The position numbers were made by a program, and so were the translations under genes. The notes beneath the pieces were generated by a model that saw nothing but the letters and a program-made list of their open reading frames with translations, did no database searches and was not told where the DNA came from. Below, in pieces: positions 9,476 through 18,760 of a stretch of DNA of 60,256 bases. The DNA comes from an uncultured Alphaproteobacteria bacterium (GTDB taxonomy: Bacteria; Pseudomonadota; Alphaproteobacteria; Rs-D84), in contig CAMOFE010000002.1 in assembly GCA_946613195.1 (NCBI GenBank), positions 1 to 60,256 of the forward strand. Reading direction: 5' to 3'. Numbering within the stretch: position 1 is the first letter of the stretch; every line of letters starts with the position of its first letter.

Positions 9476-10369
9476 ATGAGTAAAACTTATTCTGGCTTTA
9501 TTGCTATTATTGGGCCGACAAATGCCGGCAAAAGCACCCTGATGAACAAAATTATGGGGCGCAAGGTGTCAATCGTATCGCACAAGGTACAAACCACGCG
9601 TACGCGTCTGCGTGCGGTTAAAATGGTCGGCACGCGCCAGTTAATATTTGTTGATACCCCGGGTGTGTTCCGTCCAAAACGCAGATTAGACAGGGCGATG
9701 GTTGGCGCGGCAATGGATGCAACAACGGATGCCGATGCGATTTTACTAATTGTTGATGCAGGCAAGGGTATAACAGATACTGTGCGCGAATTGGTTGCAA
9801 AAATCGCAGGACATAAAAATCTGTTTGTTGCCATTAACAAGGTTGACACAATCGCAAAAAATAACTTGTTACCAATGGTGGCAGAATTAAATAATCTGGC
9901 AGATTTCCGTGAAATATTTATGATTTCTGCACTGAAAAATGACGGTGTATCACAAATGCTGAAATCGTTGGCAGATGTTATGCCGGAATCACCATACTTG
10001 TTTGATGCAACGGATGCACCAGATGTGCCAGATGAATTGTATTTGGCGGAATTAACGCGTGAAAAAGTTTATAAATATATTCATCAAGAATTGCCATATC
10101 ACATCAATGTTGTAACTGAACGCGTGGATGTGGATGATGATGGGGTATTGGACATTTATCAAAAGATTGTTGTGCAAAATGATGCGCATAAAAAAATAGT
10201 TATTGGACGCGGCGGGGAACAATTAAAAAAAATCGGTACGGCGGCACGGCGTGATATCCAAGAACAATGGGATGTAAATGCGCGATTGCATTTATTTGTG
10301 CGTGTTGAACCAGATTGGGAAGATAGGGCTGAAAACTATGCCGACCAAGGTTTGGAATTTATAAAGTAA
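9476..10369 (+). CDS. era: GTPase Era
   Basis: GFIAIIGPTNAGKSTLMN (G1), VSHKVQTTR, DTPG, NKVD and a C-terminal KH domain region. The ATG at 9476 lies 2 codons inside the track ORF, which starts with TTG. Confidence 0.9.
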   Translation: MSKTYSGFIAIIGPTNAGKSTLMNKIMGRKVSIVSHKVQTTRTRLRAVKMVGTRQLIFVDTPGVFRPKRRLDRAMVGAAMDATTDADAILLIVDAGKGITDTVRELVAKIAGHKNLFVAINKVDTIAKNNLLPMVAELNNLADFREIFMISALKNDGVSQMLKSLADVMPESPYLFDATDAPDVPDELYLAELTREKVYKYIHQELPYHINVVTERVDVDDDGVLDIYQKIVVQNDAHKKIVIGRGGEQLKKIGTAARRDIQEQWDVNARLHLFVRVEPDWEDRAENYADQGLEFIK

Positions 10370-11380
10370 ATGAAATTATCTGACTTTGATTTTGATTTGC
10401 CGAATGAATTAATCGCATCCCACCCATTGGCGCGCCGCGATGCATCGCGTATGTTGGTGGTTCACAATGGCGCAACCCAAGATAAACATATTCGTGATTT
10501 TTTGGATTATTTGCAACCCGGTGATGTGGTGGTTTTTAATAATTCGCGTGTAATTCCGGCGCGGTTTATGGCATCGGGCCATGAAATTACATTACACACA
10601 TCTGTAAACAATCACGATTGGTGGGGATTGTGCAAAAAGTTTAATAAAATCAATATTGGCGATGTTTTGACCACAGATGACGGAACGCGTTTGATTGTTC
10701 TAGACAAAGATGATGACAGTGGCCTGTTGTTGCATTTTGATTGCGACAATGTTTTTGATGTGTTAAGTCGCGTTGGAAAAATGCCACTGCCACCATATAT
10801 GAAACGCGAAGAAGAAATCGCAGACAGGGACAGATACCAGACTGTTTATGCCGATCCATTGGGTTCAATGGCGGCACCAACCGCAGGGTTGCACTTTACC
10901 GATGATTTGTTGCGTGCGATTGAATCGCGTGGCGCAAAAATAGTTAAAATAACATTGCATGTTGGCGCAGGGACATGGATGCCTGTTAAAACAGAAAATA
11001 TATCTGAACATAAAATGCATTCTGAATGGTGTTGTATAACCCCAGAACAAGCAGATATAATAAACAATGCAAAACGCGTAATTGCCGTTGGAACAACATC
11101 GCTGCGCGCACTGGAAAGCGCACACAGGCTGGTTGACGGGGTAGGGCGTGTTGCACCAATATGTCAGAATACCGATATATTTATCACCCCGGGTTATGAA
11201 TTCGGTGCGGTGGATGTGTTGTTGACTAATTTTCATTTGCCGAAAAGTACATTGTTTATGTTAGTGTCCGCGTTTGCGGGCCTTGACGAAATGAAAACCG
11301 CATACGCGCATGCGGTCGCTGAAAAATATCGGTTCTTTTCATACGGGGATTGTTGTTTATTATTTAGAAAGGGGGAATAG
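10370..11380 (+). CDS. queA: S-adenosylmethionine:tRNA ribosyltransferase-isomerase
   Basis: MKLSDFDFDLPNELIASHPL...RDASRMLVV is the QueA N-terminus, and TAGLHFT is present. Confidence 0.9.
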   Translation: MKLSDFDFDLPNELIASHPLARRDASRMLVVHNGATQDKHIRDFLDYLQPGDVVVFNNSRVIPARFMASGHEITLHTSVNNHDWWGLCKKFNKINIGDVLTTDDGTRLIVLDKDDDSGLLLHFDCDNVFDVLSRVGKMPLPPYMKREEEIADRDRYQTVYADPLGSMAAPTAGLHFTDDLLRAIESRGAKIVKITLHVGAGTWMPVKTENISEHKMHSEWCCITPEQADIINNAKRVIAVGTTSLRALESAHRLVDGVGRVAPICQNTDIFITPGYEFGAVDVLLTNFHLPKSTLFMLVSAFAGLDEMKTAYAHAVAEKYRFFSYGDCCLLFRKGE

Positions 11381-12649
11381 ATGAAGTTTGTACCAACATT
11401 ACATAACCTATCAAATGGAACGACAGTAATTCTGGATCCGATGGATATAGAAACTGTTTCAATAAAAATTTATTTCAGAACAGGTTCACGCGATGAAACA
11501 CCAGATATATATGGTATAACCCACTTTTGTGAACATATGTTGGTCAAAGGAACAAAAAAATTTCCGAGCCGTAAAGACTTAAAAGATTATATAGAGTCCA
11601 AAGGTGGTGTGTTTAATGCATCAACATCTAATATATCATTACAATTATATGGTCGTATTGTTGCAGAAAATATAAACGATTTATTGTTGGTGTTTTCTGA
11701 TATGTTGCAAAACTCTTTATTTGATGAAAACAAAATAGAAATAGAACGCGGGGTAATTTTAGATGAATTGCGTCGTGGTCAAGGAAATAATTCCAGAAAG
11801 TTTAATGATTTTATAGACACAAATTTACTTGGTTTTTCCGCATATAGAACACTCGGTTCAGATAAAAATATAAAATTTTTTACGCGTGTTCAATTGTTGA
11901 ATTGGTTGCATGCACGATTATCTGCAAAAAATTGTGTGATTGGTATATCAGGTCGTATAGATGATAAAACAACACTGTTAAATACATTAGAAAGTTTATT
12001 TAACTTTTTGCCACACCAAGATGTATCAATAAATAGAGAATACAAATATACACCAATGTGTAAATTTTTAGCAGAACCCAGTCTGAAAAATGTGTGGGTA
12101 AATATTTTATTTCCATATATTCGCCTTGACACATATGATAACATGTATCCCAATCTGGCAGAATTAAAATTCCGTAAATATTTGGTGCAAGAATTAAACG
12201 AGGTTGTTCGTCAGCAAAATGGTTTAGTATACGGACTAAGAATGACAGGATATGGGGATGAATATAATGGAATTCGTGCCATAGATACAGAAACTTCGTC
12301 GTCAAATATTGAACAAGCCATTGCATTAATTGCGAAAACATCATATCGAATATATAATCATGATAAAATTTCAGAACTTGTTTTACAAAGATTTTATAAT
12401 AATAATAAATTATTAGATGCAGATTTCTTGGAAACTGCAACACGTCGTTGTGATATATTGGTTGGACATTATGCAGATTATGAGAAGTTGTATAATTTTC
12501 AACAAATTCAAGAAATTGATAAATCCATTACGGTTGAAGATGTAATTAAATATTCTTGTGGTTTTTTTGATGGCCCAATGTCTATTATGACATTTGGTGC
12601 AAATTTTGATGCAGACTTGAAACAAATATGGATTGATAATTTTAAGTAA
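11381..12649 (+). CDS. M16 (pitrilysin/insulinase) family zinc peptidase
   Basis: Inverted zinc motif HFCEHMLVKGT (HxxEH) near the N-terminus, and the 422-aa length is typical of M16. It abuts the queA stop. Confidence 0.8.
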   Translation: MKFVPTLHNLSNGTTVILDPMDIETVSIKIYFRTGSRDETPDIYGITHFCEHMLVKGTKKFPSRKDLKDYIESKGGVFNASTSNISLQLYGRIVAENINDLLLVFSDMLQNSLFDENKIEIERGVILDELRRGQGNNSRKFNDFIDTNLLGFSAYRTLGSDKNIKFFTRVQLLNWLHARLSAKNCVIGISGRIDDKTTLLNTLESLFNFLPHQDVSINREYKYTPMCKFLAEPSLKNVWVNILFPYIRLDTYDNMYPNLAELKFRKYLVQELNEVVRQQNGLVYGLRMTGYGDEYNGIRAIDTETSSSNIEQAIALIAKTSYRIYNHDKISELVLQRFYNNNKLLDADFLETATRRCDILVGHYADYEKLYNFQQIQEIDKSITVEDVIKYSCGFFDGPMSIMTFGANFDADLKQIWIDNFK

Positions 12650-12660
12650 AAGGTAAATAA

Positions 12661-13773
12661 ATGTCGTTAAAATTTGATTTAATTGCAACATGTGGAAATG
12701 CACGACGCGGATGCGTGCATACGGCACATGGAACTTTTCAGACCCCGGCATTTATGGCGGTTGGGACCGCTGCAACGGTCAAAGCGTTGACAATGGATAT
12801 GGTGCGCGACACCGGCACCGAAGTAATTTTAGGTAATACATATCATCTGATGATGCGCCCAGGCGGCGATTTAGTTGAAAAAATGGGCGGGTTGCATAAA
12901 TTTTCAGGTTGGCATGGTCCAATATTAACAGACAGTGGCGGTTTCCAAGTGATGAGTCTGTCTAATCTGGTTAAAATGAAGGAAGAAGGGGTAGAATTTA
13001 CATCGCATATTGATGGCGGGGTAAAACATTTCTTGCGTCCCGAAGATTCTGTGCATATTCAGTATCAGTTAGATTCTAATATAACAATGGTGTTGGATGA
13101 ATGCTTGCATTTGCCGACAACATATGAACGTGCAGAAAAAAATGTTGATATGGTAACGCGTTGGGCCCAACGTTCGCGTGATGCGTTTGTTAATCGTGAT
13201 GGTTACGGAATTTTTGGTATTGTCCAAGGTGCAGATTTTCCAGATTTGCGAAAAAAGTCTGCAAAAGCATTAACTGCGATTGACTTTGATGGATATGCGA
13301 TTGGTGGACTGGCGGTTGGCGAACCACAAAATGTAATGTTTGATATGATTGCAACCACAACGCCACTGTTGCCAACAGACAAACCACGGTATTTGATGGG
13401 CGTTGGAACACCGCTGGATATACTGGGTGCGGTGGAACGTGGGATTGATATGTTTGACTGTGTTATGCCGACACGCGCTGGGCGTACCGCCCAGGCATTT
13501 ACACGGCACGGAACATTGAATATGAAAAATGCACGTTTTCGTGATGATGATGCGCCAATTGATGATAAATGCGCTTGCCCGGCGTGTAAATTATCGCGTG
13601 CATATATTCATCATCTGATTAAGTGTAACGAAATACTGGGGGCAACATTGCTGACACAACACAATCTGTGGTTCTATCAGGATTTAATGCGCGATATTCG
13701 TACATCAATAGAGCAGGGAACTTTTTCCCAATTCAAGTCAGATTTTATTGAAAAATATACATCTGGAAAATAA
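12661..13773 (+). CDS. tgt: tRNA-guanine transglycosylase
   Basis: ARRGCVHTAHGTFQTPAFMAVGT, LTDSGGFQV and the zinc site CACPAC...H. Confidence 0.9.
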   Translation: MSLKFDLIATCGNARRGCVHTAHGTFQTPAFMAVGTAATVKALTMDMVRDTGTEVILGNTYHLMMRPGGDLVEKMGGLHKFSGWHGPILTDSGGFQVMSLSNLVKMKEEGVEFTSHIDGGVKHFLRPEDSVHIQYQLDSNITMVLDECLHLPTTYERAEKNVDMVTRWAQRSRDAFVNRDGYGIFGIVQGADFPDLRKKSAKALTAIDFDGYAIGGLAVGEPQNVMFDMIATTTPLLPTDKPRYLMGVGTPLDILGAVERGIDMFDCVMPTRAGRTAQAFTRHGTLNMKNARFRDDDAPIDDKCACPACKLSRAYIHHLIKCNEILGATLLTQHNLWFYQDLMRDIRTSIEQGTFSQFKSDFIEKYTSGK

Positions 13774-13836
13774 TTCTGTTGCAATAAATTATCAGAATTT
13801 TTAGAATTTATATTGTTCATAAAAAAGGGGTGTGTA

Positions 13837-14820
13837 ATGCCAAAAAAACAAATAGAAGTTATTGACCGCGGTGGCGCAAAAACAGTTGCGAAAAAACATT
13901 CTGTTATCGTTACCGCTAAACGTGTTTTTGCGATTGTATCGGTTGTGTGGTTGCTGTTTGCAGCATGGTTTCCGTTGCATGTCAAGGCGACTTATTCTGG
14001 ACCAATTAAAAAGTCTATGGTTGTGTCTATGTTCTTTGATTTGCAGCGCAATATTGTAAAGCAGTATGAACAATTATTACAGGGATTAAAGGGCGCAATA
14101 AATCTGGAAAAACCAATTGGTGTCGCGATTGAAAAGGTTAAATTGGTTGAACAACAGGTTGATAAAGTAACCGATACCACCGCCAAAGCCAAGGATGCAA
14201 CTGCAAACGCTAAAAATACAACTGCGGGTGTGAAATCGCTGGCTGGGTTGGCAAATGCCTTTGGTGTTAAAACAGGTGGTGTGGACAAGGCACTGAATTC
14301 TGTGGATAACACAATTGACAAGGCGAATAAAACAATCGCAAAAGTTGATGATACCGCAGCATTGGTAAATTCTAAATTGGACAAGATTGAAAATGAATTA
14401 ACCAAAATCGCCCAAACCGAGGTTGATAAACTGGTTGATGAAATTATCAAGGCAGAATTGGACAAACATTCTGGTGGTTTGGGAACAACACTGCTGACTA
14501 ATTATGGGATTAAACATGTGTATCCATGGCGTCCATCATCATGGCCGGTTGGTGTAAAAATTTATGACGATTTGGCAAAATCTGATATCAACGTGATACA
14601 AAGTTTAACGCGCACGGTGGACAGTTATTTTGGTTATGTCGCATGGATAATGGTTATCGCGGCATGGGCGGTGGGACTGTTTATATGGTTTATGATTTAT
14701 AAAAAGTTCAAGGCCGTTGTTGCGCCGTTCTTGGTGTGTCCGCGTTGTGGACATACATATGCGGACCGGCGCACAGCAATGAGTTTGCTGAAAGTGTTCC
14801 AGCCGTGGAAATGGTTCTAA
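13837..14820 (+). CDS. Membrane protein with central coiled-coil/Ala-Lys-Thr-rich region and C-terminal CPRCGH motif, unknown function
   Basis: The ATG at 13837 is preceded by AAAAGGGG. There are two hydrophobic helices (near the N-terminus and near residue 290) and a low-complexity helical middle. No family recognised. Confidence 0.55.
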   Translation: MPKKQIEVIDRGGAKTVAKKHSVIVTAKRVFAIVSVVWLLFAAWFPLHVKATYSGPIKKSMVVSMFFDLQRNIVKQYEQLLQGLKGAINLEKPIGVAIEKVKLVEQQVDKVTDTTAKAKDATANAKNTTAGVKSLAGLANAFGVKTGGVDKALNSVDNTIDKANKTIAKVDDTAALVNSKLDKIENELTKIAQTEVDKLVDEIIKAELDKHSGGLGTTLLTNYGIKHVYPWRPSSWPVGVKIYDDLAKSDINVIQSLTRTVDSYFGYVAWIMVIAAWAVGLFIWFMIYKKFKAVVAPFLVCPRCGHTYADRRTAMSLLKVFQPWKWF

Positions 14821-14822
14821 AT

Positions 14823-14849
14823 AAAAATCGCCCCAACGGGGCGATTTTT
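14823..14849. terminator. Bidirectional intrinsic terminator
   Basis: AAAATCGCCCC-AAC-GGGGCGATTTTT between convergent genes. It overlaps the corA stop. Confidence 0.75.
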
Positions 14850-15732
14850 AATATATTCTGCGACGGACGGCCATAAATATTGCAAACGAAATCAGCAAAA
14901 TCATTATTGATATAAATATTGCAACCGCTGCATCTTGATATTCTGCAAATGGCAGACGCATATTCATCCCATAATACCCGACAATAACCGTTGGTATAAC
15001 CAGAATAATATTCCACATCGTTAAACGGTTAATATATGTGTTAGAATCCATGTTAATGACACTCTCAAACGTTTCTTTGATAGACTTTAACATTTTGCTG
15101 TACGATGTTACAACCTCGGTCGCCTGGGCCAGTTCAATACGCGAATCTTCGGCGATTTCTTCGGCTTCTTCGGTTTTAACAAAACCACGCATTTTTTCCA
15201 GTTTGTCCAACAATGTAACATTGCCCTTAATTCCCGCCATATACAGCGTATAACTGTTTTCAATTTCCAACAAATTTAATAATTCGCGTTTACTGATGCG
15301 TTCTTGCAACGCCTTTTTTGATTCCAGTACGCGTTTGTTTAATTCTTTTAATGAACGCAGATATGATTCCGCAATATAATAAATAATGTTCAGAATAAAC
15401 TCTTCACGGGTCGTTTTTTCGGATTTCTTTATCTTGTCCAGCAAATCACATCGTTTGCGACACACTGTAATTACACGGTCGCGCGAATAAATAATAGACA
15501 ATGGTTCTGTATGCCACAGTGTATCGTTTTCGCGGTTTATAATCGGAAAGCGAACGATTATAACCTTGTAATCATCTTCCACTTCTAATCTGGGTTGTTC
15601 GTCTGGGTCCAGAATATCAGATATGGTGTCTTCATCAATTTTATATTCTGTTTGTAATTTCTCAAAATCTTCGTGATCAGGATTACCAACATTAACCCAT
15701 TGGAATGCTTTCAGTTTTTCTACGACAAACAT
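14848..15732 (-). CDS. corA: CorA-family magnesium/cobalt transporter
   Basis: C-terminal YGMNM (GMN motif) between two TM helices, with a CorA-like soluble N-domain. Confidence 0.85.
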   Translation of the reverse strand: MFVVEKLKAFQWVNVGNPDHEDFEKLQTEYKIDEDTISDILDPDEQPRLEVEDDYKVIIVRFPIINRENDTLWHTEPLSIIYSRDRVITVCRKRCDLLDKIKKSEKTTREEFILNIIYYIAESYLRSLKELNKRVLESKKALQERISKRELLNLLEIENSYTLYMAGIKGNVTLLDKLEKMRGFVKTEEAEEIAEDSRIELAQATEVVTSYSKMLKSIKETFESVINMDSNTYINRLTMWNIILVIPTVIVGYYGMNMRLPFAEYQDAAVAIFISIMILLISFAIFMAVRRRIY

Positions 15733-15763
15733 ATCTGAACTCCTTTGGGTTGGAAATTAATAA

Positions 15764-15840
15764 TGGTCGGGGCGACAGGATTTGAACCTGCGACCCCTTG
15801 CACCCCATGCAAGTACTCTACCAGGCTGAGCTACGCCCCG
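15764..15840 (-). tRNA. tRNA-Pro(GGG)
   Basis: Reverse complement CGGGGCG TA GCTC..GAGT A CTTGC ATGGGGT GCAAG GGGTC GCAGG TTCAAAT CCTGT CGCCCCG ACCA is a full cloverleaf with encoded CCA. Confidence 0.9.
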
Positions 15841-16013
15841 ATACCACGGGTAATATTATATTAGAAAAACCGAAAATACAAATGTTTTTTTGTAAATAAA
15901 CACTGACAAACAACAACTAATAACCATCAACCAAATTTTTCTCTTGCACGAATCGGAAAAAAGTTACTAGTATGCGCTTGTAAAATTAATCAACCAAAAA
16001 GGAAAGGAAAACG

Positions 16014-16388
16014 ATGATTATCGGTATCGGTGTTGATTTAGTGGAAAGCGGGCGATTTTTAGATTGGTCTGCATTCAAGAAACAACGCATATTCACAAAA
16101 AAAGAATTGGAATATGCAGAAAATGATAGCGCAAATTCAGAAAAACATTTGGCTAACTTTTGGGCCGCGCGCGAGGCGTGTCTGAAAGCACTGGGTACAG
16201 GGTTTGGCGAAGATATCGCCTTTTCTGATGTGTCGGTTGTACACGATGATACAGGTCGCCCAGAATTGTTAATTGCAGGTGGTGCCAAGGCGCGATTAAA
16301 AGAACTAGCAGGTGGTTCTGCGGCAACGCATTTATCAATAACAGACCAGGATGACTACTCGGTTGCAATGGTTGTTCTGGAAAAATAA
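16014..16388 (+). CDS. acpS: Holo-[acyl-carrier-protein] synthase
   Basis: MIIGIGVDLVE start, FAAKEA-like WAAREACLKALG, 124 aa. Confidence 0.85.
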   Translation: MIIGIGVDLVESGRFLDWSAFKKQRIFTKKELEYAENDSANSEKHLANFWAAREACLKALGTGFGEDIAFSDVSVVHDDTGRPELLIAGGAKARLKELAGGSAATHLSITDQDDYSVAMVVLEK

Positions 16389-16418
16389 AAAAACGCCACG
16401 ATTGTGGCGTTTTTTTTA
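16389..16418. terminator. Bidirectional intrinsic terminator
   Basis: AAAAAACGCCAC-GATT-GTGGCGTTTTTTTT. Confidence 0.75.
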
Positions 16419-16715
16419 ACGTATAAACCATGTGCGCGAATTCTTTTTTTGGGCGCAGTATTCTATAACCGTTGCACACGGATTATCAATCAGTGCCAGC
16501 AGGCTAATATCGCGTTTAACAACATACATTTGTACATCCGGGTCAGGTGATTTAATGTATTTTATCGCGCTGGGTTGTGCTTTTACAGCCGCCATTTGCA
16601 CGCGTTTGTCAGGATTTGGTATTTGTGAAATAACATCGGGGTTATGACGTACTAAAAAAATATGTCGCCTGATAATTAGTTCTTCGTCTGAAAATCCCAG
16701 TTCATTGTTATACAT
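16416..16715 (-). CDS. Small hypothetical protein (99 aa), translationally coupled to the upstream coiled-coil gene
   Basis: The ATG overlaps the stop of the 16708-18636 gene by 8 nt. Two internal repeats of P(D/N)PD(K/V)..QM..VK; no confident family. Confidence 0.45.
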   Translation of the reverse strand: MYNNELGFSDEELIIRRHIFLVRHNPDVISQIPNPDKRVQMAAVKAQPSAIKYIKSPDPDVQMYVVKRDISLLALIDNPCATVIEYCAQKKNSRTWFIR

Positions 16716-18636
16716 TTGTTTTTAATATGCTGTATATAACACCCAAATCAGTTTTCTTTAATGTTGCAATCAATTTTTCAGGTGAATCACATGATGTGGC
16801 ACCGCCCAAGATTTTATCAAAACTGCGTACAAATTGTGTTGCCTGGGAACGAAATACACTGTCAGATTTTAATATTTCGCGTACGCGTTTCTTGTCTGCC
16901 GCCCCCAGCATCTTGGCCAGCCATTTAGAAAATATAGTTTTATCGCCATCATGATATTTTTTCCAAACCACATCTGGAATGTCTGCACCAGTTGCGCGTG
17001 TTAAATCCAGCGATTGTTCGTGCAACTTATCAAATGTTTTTTGGCTGTGCGTTAAAAAGTCGCGACTGCTGATTGTGCCAGCAGGCGCAGACACCGGTGC
17101 ATCTTTTATCGCGTCCATTGGTGCAGTTGCGCGCGCAATCATCAGTTGTTTGTTTAATGTTTGCATTGTTCCAACCGCCTTGGAATAGTCTGACATCAAA
17201 TCAATCATTTGTTGACGCGATTGCCCGGCCAGGTCTTCCAATTTAATTGCTGATTGGGCGATTGCATCTGTTGATTCTGCAACCGTAGATTTCATCGCAT
17301 TTATTTTGTCGTTCATATTTGCAACAATTTTTGTCAAATTATCATTTGCCTCGGTTGAACCACGCGACAAGTCTGGCAGTGCAGCATAATATTTTTCTAT
17401 TAATTCAGACAATGGCTGTAATTGCGCGGTTGTGTCGTTTGACATTTTTATCAGATTTGCAGATTGTCCAGACAGTTGCTGGTGCGCAGTATTCATTTCA
17501 ATCAATGTTTCGCGTACACTGGTTGCCATTGTTCGTACAGATTCTGAAAATGCCCCTGCGGCTGTTTTTGTGTTTTCCAGTGTTTTGTTTGCAACCCCAG
17601 ATACTGTTTTTAATTCTGTAACCGCGCCGGTTGCAAATTCTTTGATTTCGCCATCAAATTTATTGGTTAATGCCGCTAATTCTGTGGATATTCCGCGTAC
17701 CGCAGATTCTGTTTGTGTCGCAGATGACATTAACGCTTCTACGGCGTCGGTTAATTTGCGAATTTGTTTTTCTATGGATGATTCCGCCAAACGCACCTGG
17801 CCACCAACAACATTTGCAGTATTTGTCAGGGAATTCATTTGTGTGGTTAATTGTTTTTTAGATTGTTTGCTGAAACTGTCCAGTTTTACCAACTGTTCGT
17901 CCAACAACTTATTATTTTGCGCCATAATAGATTCGTATTCCGATGAAGATGTTTTCACCTTCTCAAATCCATCGGCGGTTGTGTTGGTTAATTCTGTTAA
18001 TTTGTTTTGCATATTGACAGTATCATCCGTCAAAGTTCGCATTTGTTGTGTGTTTGTATCAAATCCCGCCTGTAATCTGTCGGACATATCTTGGGACGAT
18101 GTAATCCACCCATCAATTTGTGATTGCAGTTTGTTGGTTTTTTCTGTTGTGTCAGTGGTTGTGGCATCTATTTTTGCAACCAAATCGGTAATTGTTGCGC
18201 TGAATTTATCCGTTGCGGATTCAACATCTGTCCAAGATTCAGATGCGACAACTTCGCCCAGACCGGTTACTGTATTGTCCAATCTTTGCGACATGGTTGC
18301 AATTTTTTTTGTTGCATCATCTGCCAAAGCGATTAATTTGTCGTTCTGTACAGTTAATTCATCTTTTAATTCATTCGCAGATTTAATTTGTGCCGCCAGT
18401 GTGTCGCGCATAACCTGAAAAGAAGATTCTATTTTCGCAATTTCATCCCCCAGAATAGTTGCCAGAACACGTGTCGCGTTTTTTATTTGTGTCTGTTCTG
18501 GGTGTAACATAATTTGTAATACAGATTCCATAACGCGTTGACTTTTGCGAGATATAAAAAACAAAATCCCCAGTGTTATCAACAAAACACCACCCAAACA
18601 TCCACAAATAATTAACAGAATTCTTACGGTTTCCAT
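16708..18636 (-). CDS. Membrane-anchored long coiled-coil protein, unknown function
   Basis: The ATG at 18636 is preceded by TTGGGGGGAATT (strong SD). It has an N-terminal TM helix, roughly 500 aa of T/Q/K/D-rich heptad-like sequence, and a globular C-terminal domain (IPDVVWKKYHDGDKTIFSKWL...). Confidence 0.65.
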   Translation of the reverse strand: METVRILLIICGCLGGVLLITLGILFFISRKSQRVMESVLQIMLHPEQTQIKNATRVLATILGDEIAKIESSFQVMRDTLAAQIKSANELKDELTVQNDKLIALADDATKKIATMSQRLDNTVTGLGEVVASESWTDVESATDKFSATITDLVAKIDATTTDTTEKTNKLQSQIDGWITSSQDMSDRLQAGFDTNTQQMRTLTDDTVNMQNKLTELTNTTADGFEKVKTSSSEYESIMAQNNKLLDEQLVKLDSFSKQSKKQLTTQMNSLTNTANVVGGQVRLAESSIEKQIRKLTDAVEALMSSATQTESAVRGISTELAALTNKFDGEIKEFATGAVTELKTVSGVANKTLENTKTAAGAFSESVRTMATSVRETLIEMNTAHQQLSGQSANLIKMSNDTTAQLQPLSELIEKYYAALPDLSRGSTEANDNLTKIVANMNDKINAMKSTVAESTDAIAQSAIKLEDLAGQSRQQMIDLMSDYSKAVGTMQTLNKQLMIARATAPMDAIKDAPVSAPAGTISSRDFLTHSQKTFDKLHEQSLDLTRATGADIPDVVWKKYHDGDKTIFSKWLAKMLGAADKKRVREILKSDSVFRSQATQFVRSFDKILGGATSCDSPEKLIATLKKTDLGVIYSILKTNV

Positions 18637-18760
18637 AATTCCCCCCAATAAACGGAATGATTTATTGTTGGTCATAATGTATGCCTGTTGGCACAAATAC
18701 GACCCCCTTGCACTTCTGTTGAATTTATACTAGAATCCAAAAAATAAAGCAAGGGCATAA

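Noticed and set aside
17432-18418. 328-aa plus-strand ORF inside the coiled-coil gene.
   Set aside because: It is antisense to a much longer ORF that has a strong SD and a coherent TM plus coiled-coil architecture. Its Ser/Val/Cys-rich low-complexity translation is typical of the reverse frame of a T/D/K-rich gene.
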